Shown one piece after another: positions 1 through 9,686 of a stretch of 32,000 nucleotides of DNA. The stretch's first letter is position 1; each line of letters begins with the position of its first letter. The translations under genes were made by a program, and so were the position numbers. This DNA comes from an uncultured Rivularia sp. Its GTDB lineage: Bacteria; Cyanobacteriota; Cyanobacteriia; Cyanobacteriales; Nostocaceae. The notes under the pieces are model-generated. The model was not told the origin of the DNA, made no database searches, and saw nothing but the letters and a program-made list of their open reading frames with translations. The DNA is taken from assembly GCA_963665115.1 (NCBI GenBank), contig OY762007.1, positions 3,066,053 through 3,098,052 of the forward strand. The letters are read 5' to 3'.

Positions 1-199
1 AACTCGTTTCAGTATTAGAAATGAGTTATTTTAGCTATGAGATTTTATTTGTTACTTGCTACGAGTATACAGGCAAGAATGAAGACGGTAAAACCTACGT
101 AACTAAATACGGTTATCCAATCTTGCCAGTTAGGGGGAAGGATAAAAGATGAATTGTTCATTGATGAAAATTAAAAGTATATTTTAAGTAAACTTTCTC

Positions 200-293
200 T
201 AAATTGAATTTCGATCTAGTTCCCAGGTTCAACCTGGGAACCAGTGTTTGTAGGCTCTGCCTCCAATTATTGCAACTGGTGCAAGATGTTACT
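200..293. repeat. Small dispersed hairpin repeat (MITE-like), same family as the 22100-22235 cluster
   Basis: Perfect 9-bp stem GTTCCCAGG/CCTGGGAAC (219-241). AGGCTCTGCCTCCAAT (251-266) recurs exactly at 22166-22181. GCAACTGGTGCAAGATGT (272-289) recurs exactly at 27919-27936. Confidence 0.5.
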
Positions 294-337
294 TCTTATC
301 TAAATAAATTTTAAATTTAAAGTTGTGACTAAAGTCA

Positions 338-685
338 ATGGAAAAGGTAGAAAAATATCGAGAATATATTCAAAGTATATTAGCAGATTATGCTGAAAGT
401 AAAACTTCATATAATCCCGATGATAAATTGGAAATGCAAACCATTTTTGATACAGTGCGCGACCATTATCAGCTAATTTATGTGGGATGGGATAAAAAAG
501 GTAACAGAGTTTATGGTCCAGTAATGCACTTAGATATTAAAAATGGCAAGATTTGGATTCAGTGGAACGGTACGGAAGATGATATTGCTGTTGAATTAGT
601 GGAAAAAGGTGTTTCTAGAGAAGATATTGTTATAGGATTTCAAACGCCATTCATGCGTAAGTTTAGTGATTATGCTGTGAGTTGA
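338..685 (+). CDS. xisI: XisI family element-excision factor-like protein
   Basis: 115-aa ORF. The sequence (YREYIQSILADYA...HYQLIYVGW...HLDIKNGKIWIQWNGTEDDIAVELVEKGV..DIVIGF) matches my memory of the cyanobacterial XisI family. No xisH-like ORF is visible upstream. Confidence 0.75.
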   Translation: MEKVEKYREYIQSILADYAESKTSYNPDDKLEMQTIFDTVRDHYQLIYVGWDKKGNRVYGPVMHLDIKNGKIWIQWNGTEDDIAVELVEKGVSREDIVIGFQTPFMRKFSDYAVS

Positions 686-688
686 TGT

Positions 689-3061
689 TTAATAGGTAAG
701 TTTGCGTTTTTCAATTTCAGCGATAGGTAAGAGTAAGGTTTCTTCGATGTAGGAACGAATTTTGGAAGTTACATAGGAATCGCTATTTAGGCAGTCTACT
801 ATTACCTTATTAGCAAAACAGTATTTATGTAATAAATTCTGTTGTTCTTTGTTGAACTGCCAATCATAACCAATATTGCGATGTTCAATCATGATTTCTC
901 TTAAGAGTTTAGTCCACTTCTGACCGTTGACTTTCCACCATACACAAAATTTATCTTTATCCACTTCCGAATTAGGTAAATCATTACTCATTTTTTGCAA
1001 TGCTTGCTTTAATTTAGGTTCAAATGCACGGGTAAGACTTGCTATCAAAGAAATATATAAACACTCGCTAAAACTTTCCTTTTTAAGATTGTAAGGGGGA
1101 TTCATTATAGATGAATAAAATAAAGCTAAAATAAGACTACAATCTAAAAGTAAGTTTTTAGTATAAGTTGGATGAACAGAAGAATCATTTACCGCATCTA
1201 CTATTGGGATAATATTACGTTCTAAGGATGGATCTATATTAAATTGAGGCAAACAAACTTGTGTATCCCACAAATAATAACAGATACGAACACCGGCTGG
1301 TTTATAACTATCTGTGACAGAAAGAGATTTATCTTTTAACCATCCTAAATACTGTTGAAACTTTTCATTCCTAGCTAAAAGTTCATCAACCTGCTTTTTC
1401 ATCAACAATAATAAACAGTCAGCATTTGGCAACATCTCAACTGTCAGTAGAAATACTTCTTGCCATCTAGATTCATCAATATGGCTGGCAAGACTTTGCA
1501 AATCTTTATCATCTAAAGAATATGGATTACAGCTATTAACTATTTTTCTCGCGGTAAAATACTCCTGAAACGTCAAATGGGAAAATGAGTAAATTTCTCT
1601 TGCTCTTTCTACGAACAATCCATGTTGAGCTTCAATTGACTTGAGTACAGCTTCACTATCAAGCTCTAGTGCTTTTGAATCTGTTTTTGCATCTGGTAAG
1701 TTACGAATATAATCAGCAATATATCGTTCAATATCTTTTTGTTTGAAAAAATAATTTTTATTCTCAAATGTAGTAAAAGCAACTTCACTCAATAAATCTT
1801 CTTTACGCTGAACAGATAGCTTCTTATAAACTTGTTCTCTAACAATTCCACGTTTTGCATCCCATTTTCTTAATAATGTATGGGTTGCTCTTTTATACAA
1901 TTCTGCACGTTCAGCAGGAAAATCACCTGAATCTTCAAATTCTAAGCATAGTAACGTTAGCAATAAAGGATTTGTAGCTAATTCTTTTATTTGCTTATTT
2001 TTCTTGAGTTGGCCAATAAATTTATCAGATAATTCCAATTCTTTAGTATTAAACCACTTATCTACGAATATCCGAATCTGCTTATCATCAAAATCGGCTA
2101 TTTCCACTTCTGTAAATTCTTCAAAAGTGTATTCACTAGCTGCAATCCTACAGGTTATAACAAATTGATTCTTGTAATATTTGAATAAATTTTTAATCTG
2201 TCTTAATACCCGCTGTATATCTTCTTCTCTGACTTCATCTAAGCCATCAAGACAAAAAAATGTTCTACCTTGTTTTAGTAAATTATCTACTTGAGCAGAG
2301 TTAATCTTATTGTTAACAAAAGTTTGAATAATAAATTCTGAAAAATTAGGGTGATTCGGGGTTTCAGCAAATTCTTTTAGCGTTATGAAAATTGGTACTT
2401 GATTAGCTTGTAACTCACCTCTTATGCATTGAATGGCTAAATACTTTAAAAATGTTGTTTTACCTGCTCCGGGTTTACCTAATACCATCAGTTTAGAATT
2501 GTTTTTTACAGCTTCTAAACCTGGTACTCGCTTTTGTTCAATATCCGTCAATCCATAGCGGTTAAAGTCGTGAAATTCTAGGTCAAAATTTTGTTGTAGT
2601 TTAGCTATTTCTAACCGTCTACGCCCTGTGATTTTCTCTAAAATATTTACATCAGTATAGATATTATTTAAGCCGACAGGCTGCGTCATATCTAGTACCC
2701 GCATAGTGCCGCAGCGTTGCTGAATCGTTTCGTAAAATTGCGATCGCAATTTTTCCACTAAATCATCTATCTGTTCTTGCGTACACTCAAAATTCTCAGT
2801 TGTTAAATTATTTACTTTTGCGAATTTAGTAGTAAGCCAGTTGAGCAATTTTGTTTGTTTACCCGTACCTTTACCTTTAATACTAAACTTTTTATAAACG
2901 TTGCTCATTCTAGTTGTAAAGGCACTTTCGGAGATACATAGTTTGTCTGCTATTTCCTCCCGTGTATTCTTGCTTCTAAACAAAGCTACAAAAGTTTCCT
3001 CTTGTTCTGGTGAAAGCTCGTACTTACGAGCCATTTCAGTTAAAAAATCATGCGGTAACAT
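689..3061 (-). CDS. STAND NTPase: N-terminal LuxR/sigma70-region-4-like HTH + NACHT domain + about 350-aa helical C-terminal region without recognisable repeats
   Basis: 790-aa ORF. HTH-like LSPEQEETFVALF..REEIADKLCISESAFTTRMSNVYKKFSI. Walker A GKPGAGKTTFLKYLA, Walker B FFCLDGLDEV, sensor-like FVITCR, and the NACHT-typical NPLLLTLLCLEFE. Confidence 0.85.
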   Translation of the reverse strand: MLPHDFLTEMARKYELSPEQEETFVALFRSKNTREEIADKLCISESAFTTRMSNVYKKFSIKGKGTGKQTKLLNWLTTKFAKVNNLTTENFECTQEQIDDLVEKLRSQFYETIQQRCGTMRVLDMTQPVGLNNIYTDVNILEKITGRRRLEIAKLQQNFDLEFHDFNRYGLTDIEQKRVPGLEAVKNNSKLMVLGKPGAGKTTFLKYLAIQCIRGELQANQVPIFITLKEFAETPNHPNFSEFIIQTFVNNKINSAQVDNLLKQGRTFFCLDGLDEVREEDIQRVLRQIKNLFKYYKNQFVITCRIAASEYTFEEFTEVEIADFDDKQIRIFVDKWFNTKELELSDKFIGQLKKNKQIKELATNPLLLTLLCLEFEDSGDFPAERAELYKRATHTLLRKWDAKRGIVREQVYKKLSVQRKEDLLSEVAFTTFENKNYFFKQKDIERYIADYIRNLPDAKTDSKALELDSEAVLKSIEAQHGLFVERAREIYSFSHLTFQEYFTARKIVNSCNPYSLDDKDLQSLASHIDESRWQEVFLLTVEMLPNADCLLLLMKKQVDELLARNEKFQQYLGWLKDKSLSVTDSYKPAGVRICYYLWDTQVCLPQFNIDPSLERNIIPIVDAVNDSSVHPTYTKNLLLDCSLILALFYSSIMNPPYNLKKESFSECLYISLIASLTRAFEPKLKQALQKMSNDLPNSEVDKDKFCVWWKVNGQKWTKLLREIMIEHRNIGYDWQFNKEQQNLLHKYCFANKVIVDCLNSDSYVTSKIRSYIEETLLLPIAEIEKRKLTY

Positions 3062-3176
3062 CAGATATTTCGTTATTTATCTAAAAAATTGAATAAATCC
3101 GGTTTAGTCTTTCATATTGCTTATTTTGACTTATAAATAGCAATTTTGAGCCAGCTACACACATGATTGGAGTTAT

Positions 3177-3207
3177 GTCAGTCTAAGTCAGCCTATGTCA
3201 GTTTCAG
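3177..3207. promoter_or_regulatory. Three GTCAG direct repeats phased exactly 10 bp apart (3177, 3187, 3197) plus TTCAG at 3203, in the divergent NACHT/nuclease intergenic region; candidate operator
   Basis: Read directly: ttATGTCAGTctAAGTCAGCctATGTCAGTttcagt. It lies between the divergent starts at 3061 (-) and 3274 (+). The function is inferred only. Confidence 0.3.
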
Positions 3208-3273
3208 TATGAGAGTTATCTCCAAAACAAAGTTGCAAGAATAAATAAGCGCAACTTTTAGGAAATAACTTTG

Positions 3274-3921
3274 ATGAAAACCACTTACATCAACCAACCC
3301 TATCACCACAAACAAAACAATCTTCCCAGCGTAACCACCGTTTTAAAGTCAACACAATCGGCAAAGTCTTTAGCAGCTTTATCTTCTTGGCGTAAAACAA
3401 TCGGTAAAACAAAGGCAAATCAAATAGTATTTAATAGCTTTCGTCGCGGAAAAGCTTTACATCAAACAATTCAAGAACATTTGCAAGGTAACTTATATAA
3501 ACCGAAAAACAAGTTTATCGAACCTTACTGGGATAGTATTCAATCCGTGCTAAACGAACTTAGCGATATTCAATTAATTGAAAAACTTATACCCAACTAT
3601 CAAGAAAGCTATGCGGCAAGAGTAGATTTAGTAGCACGTTACAAAGGTATTCCTCACGTAATTGAATGGACTACTTCTGAAAAACCGAAATTTAAACTTG
3701 AAAATCTTTATGACAAGCCTTTACAGCTAGTTGCTTATGGCGGTGCAATTAATAGATATTATGGTGAAAGTCTTTTTTGCTGTAATATTCGCCGTGCTTT
3801 AATCGTTGTCGCTTTACCTGATAGAGAAGCAGAGATTTTTGAATTTGACAGAGCAAGCTTGATTGATTACTGGAAATTATGGCATTCCCGACTAAAGTTA
3901 TTTTATCAACCTAATACATAG
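3274..3921 (+). CDS. PD-(D/E)XK (RecB/Cas4-like) nuclease family protein
   Basis: ORF 3271..3921; ATG at 3274 is preferred over TTG at 3271, with AGGA 9 nt upstream. Motifs: LPSVTTVLK, RVDLVA (D), VIEWTTSEK (E-x-K region), QLVAYG (QxxxY). Confidence 0.7.
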   Translation: MKTTYINQPYHHKQNNLPSVTTVLKSTQSAKSLAALSSWRKTIGKTKANQIVFNSFRRGKALHQTIQEHLQGNLYKPKNKFIEPYWDSIQSVLNELSDIQLIEKLIPNYQESYAARVDLVARYKGIPHVIEWTTSEKPKFKLENLYDKPLQLVAYGGAINRYYGESLFCCNIRRALIVVALPDREAEIFEFDRASLIDYWKLWHSRLKLFYQPNT

Positions 3922-3938
3922 AAGTTTAATGATTTTTT

Positions 3939-3993
3939 AGTCCGCGAAGGCGGACTTTGCTTCTGTAGCCCCACCCTTTGAGGGTGAGGGCTA
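3939..3993. terminator. Two adjacent GC-rich hairpins between convergent genes (nuclease + / mobA -); dispersed-repeat type, possible bidirectional terminator
   Basis: AGTCCGC-gaag-GCGGACT (3939-3956), then TAGCCCCACCCT..AGGGTGAGGGCTA (3966-3993) followed by TTTTA. Confidence 0.4.
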
Positions 3994-3995
3994 TT

Positions 3996-4607
3996 TTATG
4001 ACGATTCCAAATCCCCCGGAGAATTGCAATTAAACAACATCAAATCCGCCTTCTCATCAACATTTAAAGCTTCTACCTCAATCCCCGAAAGCAACTCCTG
4101 AAACGAACGCTTTCCCTTTTTCAAAAAACTATCTAATTCTGTTTTCACCTCTTTTCTATAAAAACCACACATCGGTTCCCAAATATCCGAACGTTGAGGA
4201 ACTAAAGCTAATGTTGAAGTTGGAATTTGTGCAAGTTTATTTATCCAGCTTTGAATAATTTCTATATCTAATAAAGGTAAATCGCAAGCAAGTAATAATA
4301 TCCAGTCGGCGGAAATTTGCTCTAAACCTTCGGATAAACCATTTACTGGCCCTTTTCCTGGTTGACTTTCAATTAAATACTGACAATCTGACGGCAAAAT
4401 ATTTTGATAGCGTTCAATCCAAGGAGTTAAAACATAAACTTGTTCGGTACAAGCAGCAGCAACTTGATAAACCCGTTGCAAAATTGGTTTACCTTGATAA
4501 TTTACAAGTGCTTTATCTGTGCCCATACGAGAACTTTTACCGCCAGCGAGGATTAAGGCGGCGATGGGGAGATTGGGAGATTGGGAGATTGGGAGATGGG
4601 GAGACAA
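3996..4607 (-). CDS. mobA: Molybdenum cofactor guanylyltransferase MobA
   Basis: 203-aa ORF with LILAGGKSSRMGTDKAL..GKPIL and LLLACDLP motifs. The only in-frame start is TTG at 4607, and the first ~14 codons are encoded by an octamer STRR. It sits next to narB, which needs bis-MGD. Confidence 0.85.
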   Translation of the reverse strand: MSPHLPISQSPNLPIAALILAGGKSSRMGTDKALVNYQGKPILQRVYQVAAACTEQVYVLTPWIERYQNILPSDCQYLIESQPGKGPVNGLSEGLEQISADWILLLACDLPLLDIEIIQSWINKLAQIPTSTLALVPQRSDIWEPMCGFYRKEVKTELDSFLKKGKRSFQELLSGIEVEALNVDEKADLMLFNCNSPGDLESS

Positions 4608-4664
4608 GGGGATGAGTAGTTAGGAGTTATGAGTTATTTACCTTTAACCTTTGACCTTTAACCT
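4567..4664. repeat. STRR block: octamer GGGAGATT x~5 (4567-4606) and heptamer CCTTTAA/CCTTTGA x3 (4641-4664)
   Basis: Tandem periodicity read directly. The heptamer is the reverse complement of the AGGTTAA/AGGTCAA units at 28401-28449 and 29690-29717. Confidence 0.85.
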
Positions 4665-4666
4665 AT

Positions 4667-5119
4667 TTACACTAACCCAAATTCCTGAACTGCTGGATAA
4701 AAGTTCTTGTTTTCATGGCTACTACGACTCAATTTTATTAATGCAAAACGTTGCAATGGTGTCAGTTTTTCCCATTCTTCAACTGCAATATTTACGTTAG
4801 ATTCTGCGGCTTTTGTTTGTATTGTTTCGGGAATTTCTTTGTCGTTCATCCAAGCGGGATTGTCTTCTACGGGAAGTTCGCTTGCTGCGGTTCCTGTTTT
4901 TTCAATAATCAAGTTTTGCAAATATTCTCGATATTTCTGACATTCTTGATTACTCGTACATGGCATTTCAACTAATGCTTGGTGCTCTTGTTCGGTAAAT
5001 TGATGCCAGTGAGATAATTTTAATTTGACTCCGCAGTTGTCAAGTTTATAACGTACCTGCATGGGGATGCAGCGCAAGCTATCAACAAAATCAGCCTCGA
5101 ATTTAAAAAAGTCGCTCAT
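4667..5119 (-). CDS. narM: Nitrate reductase-associated protein (NarM-like, TIGR02664-type family)
   Basis: 150-aa ORF. The N-terminus MSDFFKFEADFVDSLRCIPMQVRYKLDNCGVKLKL matches my memory of the cyanobacterial nitrate-reductase-associated family. It lies immediately downstream of narB. Confidence 0.7.
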   Translation of the reverse strand: MSDFFKFEADFVDSLRCIPMQVRYKLDNCGVKLKLSHWHQFTEQEHQALVEMPCTSNQECQKYREYLQNLIIEKTGTAASELPVEDNPAWMNDKEIPETIQTKAAESNVNIAVEEWEKLTPLQRFALIKLSRSSHENKNFYPAVQEFGLV

Positions 5120-5167
5120 TTTAATTATTCCAAATATTTCTTTTTTGCCACATTTTTCAAAAATTCT

Positions 5168-5181
5168 GTAACTCTCATTAC
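5168..5181. promoter_or_regulatory. Perfect NtcA-type box GTA-N8-TAC (tGTAactctcatTACt)
   Basis: Read directly. On the + strand it is followed after 20 nt by TACATT (5202-5207, TAN3T), the canonical NtcA class II spacing. On the - strand (towards narM) no TAN3T lies at 20-24 nt. Confidence 0.4.
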
Positions 5182-5398
5182 TTTTTGTAAAAATAAACTG
5201 TTACATTGACTACATTTTTGCAATTTTATCTAAAATGAAATTGCAGAATTATTTATTTGAGAAAAGGTTTTGAGATGAATGTCAAACATTTAGGTAGCAA
5301 TTTAGAACATAATGCTGAGTTTGATCGGCATCCGCAGCATAATCTTCGCACGATTTTTCTAGTTGTATTCGCTTCGTTTACTTTGGGTGCAATTCCGA

Positions 5399-7690
5399 TT
5401 ACTTATGGTTCGAGGTTGACACCGGCATCAAGTCAGAATACTGTAACGGTTCCTGGTGAAGCAACTCTTTGGAAATCTGTTGGGGAAAGGTAACTGGTAC
5501 AAGTTGCACGGCACAAGCTTTCAGTTCTGGTTGTAAGGAAATTGGACAAGATAAAGGATGAGTCAAGTTGTTAGCTTCGGCGTTGTCAGCCCACAAAGCG
5601 CCCCAGTGCATAGGAACGAATACGGTTTTGGGTGCGATCGCCTTAGTTACTTTTGCGGGAAATTTAGCTGTTCCCCGACGGGATTTTATTTCTATCCAGT
5701 CTCCTTCTTGAATATTTAATTTTGCTGCATCGCGGGGATGAATTTCGATGAAGGGATGAGGATGCATTTTGACGATTTTCTCAATTCTTCCCGTGCGGGT
5801 TTGGGTGTGCCAGTGACCGTATAATCTCCCGATAGTGAGAACAAAAGGATACTCTTCACTCGGTGGTTCTGCTAAACCGCGAGAATGATAAGCCGCAAAT
5901 TTAGCCCTCCCATCAGGGGTTTGAAAGCGTAAATCGGTGTAGAGACGCTTTCCTTGAAGTGGTTCTTTTTCAGTAAAACCTTTTAATAAAGATGACCAGA
6001 AACCAGAATCGTTTTCTTCGATTTCGATCTCTGCTTTTTGGGTGTCGTACCACTGCATCGGGCCAATATTTGCCAAATTTTCGTGACTAATTTCTCCCAT
6101 ATCGCAAGGGCGATCGCTAGTTAATTTCACGAATTCGCGATGAACTGCGGCTGCATCTGCAAAAGCAAATTTATCCTCAAAACCAAGACGACGACCGACT
6201 TCGGCGAAGATTTCCCAATCTGCTTTCGCTTCACCAGGTGGTTCTCGAAACTGCGGACACAAGGTAACAACTCGTTCTGAGTTGGTCATGGTTCCTGTTT
6301 TTTCGCTCCATTGGGCTGCTGGTAATAAAAGGTGAGCGTAAGCAGAAGTTTCGGTGGGATAGTAAGCGTCTTGATAAATAGTGAAGGGAGATTTGAGTAA
6401 AGCAGCTTTGGTTCGCTGCAAATCTGGCATACTTACCGCTGGATTAGTGGCTGCAATCCACAGTAGTTCGACTTCACCAGTTTCCAATCCTGTAATCATA
6501 CTCCATGCATCGCGACCGGGTTCGCCATCGATTTGACCTGAATTTAAACCCCAAAGTTGTTCTACTTCGGCTCGATGTTGGGCGTTTTTAACGGAACGAT
6601 ATCCAGGGAGAATATGAGCTAAACCTCCGGCTTCTCTACCACCCATTGCGTTGGGTTGTCCGGTTAATGAAAATGGCCCGGTACCGGGTTTGCAAATATT
6701 TCCCGTCATCAAATGCAGGTTAATCAAGGTGCGTACTTTTGCAGTACCCTCAGAAGATTGATTTATCCCCATCGACCACAAAGACAAAACTTTTTTAGAA
6801 TCAGCCCAGTAACGCGCTGCTTGTTCGAGTTCGTCTGTACTAATACCGCACTTTTGCGAAACTACTTCTGGCGGGTAATCTTGGATAACCTGAGCGTAAT
6901 CAGAGAAACCTTGAGTACATTCATCGATAAACAAACTATCGAACGCATTCCAACGCATTAATAAATGAGCGATACCGTTGAGTAAATCAATATCTGTGCC
7001 TGGATTAATTGCCAAATGTAAATCTGCAACTTCTGCTGTCTTAGTGCATCGCGGATCTACAACAATCATTTTGACGTTGCGATTTTTTTTATGATGTTTT
7101 CGCAAACGGTTAAAAACAATCGGGTGACATTCAGCGGTATTAGTACCAATCAAAAAAGCGCAATCTGTTAATTCTAAATCTTCATAGCAACAAGGTGGCC
7201 CGTCAGCACCGAAACTTTGCGTATAGCCCGCAACCGCTGAAGACATACATAAGCGTGAATTAGCATCAAAATTATTAGTTCCCAAACAGCCTTTAATTAA
7301 TTTTTGGGCAATATAATAATCTTCAGTTTGAAACTGACCGGAACCATACATACAGATCGCATCCGCACCGTGAGAGTGGCGAATACTTTGAATGCGATCG
7401 ACGATTTTATCAAAAGCTTCATCCCAACTCACTTGACGAAAAGATTCTGACAGAGAATCTCGCATCATCGGGTATTTAAGGCGATTTCGATCGAGAGATT
7501 CCGCAACGGTAGCACCTTTAACGCAAACCATACCTTTAGATGAAGGATGACTTTTATCGCCAACTACCTTCCAAATCGGATTACCTTGACTATCTCGATG
7601 AGTTGCACGTCCTGATGCTGCGGGAGGAGATACTTCTAAACCGCAGCCAACACCGCAGTAAGGGCAAAGGGTTTTAACAGAGTCAGACAT
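5399..7690 (-). CDS. narB: Assimilatory ferredoxin-dependent nitrate reductase NarB (molybdopterin oxidoreductase)
   Basis: 763-aa intact ORF. It has the N-terminal 4Fe-4S motif [12 protein letters not shown]...C(x)KG and MopB-family similarity along its whole length. It lies in the nirA-nrtP-narB context. Confidence 0.9.
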   Translation of the reverse strand: MSDSVKTLCPYCGVGCGLEVSPPAASGRATHRDSQGNPIWKVVGDKSHPSSKGMVCVKGATVAESLDRNRLKYPMMRDSLSESFRQVSWDEAFDKIVDRIQSIRHSHGADAICMYGSGQFQTEDYYIAQKLIKGCLGTNNFDANSRLCMSSAVAGYTQSFGADGPPCCYEDLELTDCAFLIGTNTAECHPIVFNRLRKHHKKNRNVKMIVVDPRCTKTAEVADLHLAINPGTDIDLLNGIAHLLMRWNAFDSLFIDECTQGFSDYAQVIQDYPPEVVSQKCGISTDELEQAARYWADSKKVLSLWSMGINQSSEGTAKVRTLINLHLMTGNICKPGTGPFSLTGQPNAMGGREAGGLAHILPGYRSVKNAQHRAEVEQLWGLNSGQIDGEPGRDAWSMITGLETGEVELLWIAATNPAVSMPDLQRTKAALLKSPFTIYQDAYYPTETSAYAHLLLPAAQWSEKTGTMTNSERVVTLCPQFREPPGEAKADWEIFAEVGRRLGFEDKFAFADAAAVHREFVKLTSDRPCDMGEISHENLANIGPMQWYDTQKAEIEIEENDSGFWSSLLKGFTEKEPLQGKRLYTDLRFQTPDGRAKFAAYHSRGLAEPPSEEYPFVLTIGRLYGHWHTQTRTGRIEKIVKMHPHPFIEIHPRDAAKLNIQEGDWIEIKSRRGTAKFPAKVTKAIAPKTVFVPMHWGALWADNAEANNLTHPLSCPISLQPELKACAVQLVPVTFPQQISKELLHQEPLQYSDLMPVSTSNHK

Positions 7691-8137
7691 ATTTTATTTA
7701 GGGGTTATTAAATATTAGAAAATTCACAAGGTGAAATATTTTTTTAAAACCTTTTTTAACTAAATAAATTACTAAAATACGTCTGATGTGAATTAAGCGC
7801 TCAAACCATTATCATTACGTTGATAATAAATTAAGAATTGAGATTTAAGCGAGCTTAAAAACCCTTGTAAAAAAAAGGGACATTTTTAATTCACATTAGG
7901 CGTAGAATAATTCATCTTACTATAATTGTTATGTTAATAAGTGATAAATCACTTACTACAAACTTTTCTTTTAAAGATAAAACAATTAGACTATAACCTT
8001 CTCTTAGCGCACCTCCGCGTAAACCTCAGTCAAACTTTGCGTTGAATCCTTTTCCTCTCATCAATCAAACTAAAAAAAAAGGAACCGATAAATAAAATGC
8101 ATTGCTTATCGATTCCTCAAGTCAAATAAATTAAATT

Positions 8138-9686
8138 CTATTGACGAATTCCTTTAGGTTCAATTACCAATTCAGAATACTCATCTTCTCCTTCATGATG
8201 TTCTGCAAAGGAGCCTTCAGGTTCTTTTAAGAAAAACCAACATAAGAAAGCAACTATCAAAGCCGCAATACCCATCATCTGGAAAAAGACTGTGTTCGAC
8301 TGAGCAATAACTGCTGGAGTCTGTTCGCCACCACCGCTCAACCATTCTGGTAACAAGCTGAATATAGTCAGATAAGCAACTGCGCCAACGTTTCCATAAG
8401 CTCCAACGTTACCTGCAATTTGTCCAGTAACTCGACGTTTCACCAAAGGAACGATCGCAAATGTCGAACCTTCTCCAGCCTGTACGAAGAAAGAACAAGC
8501 CATAACCAATAAGATAGCTAAAGGTAGCCACCAACCGCTGCCTACTGTTCCGAAAATCATGTAGCCTATACCCATACCACCAGTCAAGACTGCCATAGTC
8601 ACTCTGCGGCTACCCAGTTTATCGGAAATTAATCCACCGCCAGGGCGAGATACCAAGTTCATGAAGGCATAGCTAGCTGCAATCATTCCAGCCATTGCTG
8701 GGTTTAAACTAAATGTTCCTTCAAAAAACGCCGGAAGCATCGAAACCACGGCCAATTCGGAACCAAAGTTGACTACATAGGTTAATTCCAGAATCGCGAC
8801 TTGAGAGAAATTGTAACGATCTTTTGCAGGATATTTTTTCTTACCCGAAAGCAAATCTTTGTTTACAACCCAACAGTTATAAGCCTGGAATAAATATAAA
8901 CCAAGCAATCCAGCCAAAACCAATAAGAGAGTACTGTCACCGTATAAACCAACCTTTTTCAAGCGCCAAGCCAGAACCATCAAAATACCTGTTAAAGGTA
9001 AGTTCATTAGCATCAAGAACCAGAAATCGCGGACGGTGGTAACTTCCAAACCTCTAGCATTCTTAGGCTTTTGATAGACTTTTCCAGGAGGATGATCCTC
9101 TACATTGAAGAAATACAGAATTCCATACAGAGCAGCAATAACACCACTTCCAGCAATACATAATCTCCAGTTAAGAGTACCACCTGCTCCAAAAGCTAAG
9201 AATGCACCAATTGTAGGTAAAGTAAAAGCCGCAGCAGCCGAACCAAAGTTACCCCAACCGCCATAGATTCCCTCAGCTAAACCAATTTCTTTGGGAGGAA
9301 ACCATTCTGCAACCATCCGGATACCAATTACAAACCCTGCACCAACAATACTCAATGCCAAACGGCTGATTACTAATTGAGTGAAGTTTTGAGCGCTGGC
9401 AAAGGCAATACAGGGAATCGCTGCATAAATCAGCAATAACGAATAAGTAATTCTTGGGGCCGAATTTATCCAATAGCATCCCGATAATGATTCGAGCCGG
9501 AACCGTCAACGCAACGTTACAAATCGCTAAGGTTCTGATTTGGCTGACTTCTAAACCAAAATCTGCTTTTACCTGCGTTGCTAAAGGAGCAAGGTTAAAC
9601 CAAACAAAGAATGAGAGAAAGAATGCGAACCAAGTCATGTGCAGGATTTTGTACCTGCTGCGAAAAGATAACAATTCTCCGAGCAT
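8138..9686 (-). pseudogene. nrtP: Nitrate/nitrite permease NrtP (NarK-type MFS), interrupted by a frameshift at a C4 run
   Basis: ORFs 9273..9686 (N-terminus ...MLLDKFGP) and 8138..9436 (..LIYAAIPCIAFA...) overlap. On the - strand the sequence reads TTC GGC CCC AAG AAT; removing one C (+ strand G-run 9456-9459) gives FGPRITYSLLLIYAAIPC, which is continuous. The span is 1549 nt = 516 codons + 1. Confidence 0.85.

Noticed and set aside
3-152. Open frame at the window edge (…YEILFVTCYEYTGKNEDGKTYVTKYGYPILPVRGKDKR*) as the C-terminus of a gene, possibly xisH
   Set aside because: It does not resemble XisH as I remember it. It is only 49 codons with no recognisable family, so it cannot be supported.
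5257-5493. 78-aa ORF as a protein-coding gene
   Set aside because: It overlaps the narB 3-prime end by 95 nt on the opposite strand, uses TTG or an internal ATG, and shows no family resemblance. It is kept only as a possible target region of an antisense transcript.
7691-8137. Possible terminator or promoter in the 447-nt nrtP-narB spacer (CCCTT-loop-AAGGG followed by a T-run on the minus strand near 7863-7890)
   Set aside because: The stem is only 5 bp in an extremely AT-rich context. No NtcA-type box was found, so the evidence is insufficient.
9440-9470. Programmed ribosomal frameshifting in nrtP or nirA
   Set aside because: There is no slippery heptamer or downstream structure typical of programmed shifts. 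The simple homopolymer indel explanation fits both sites.
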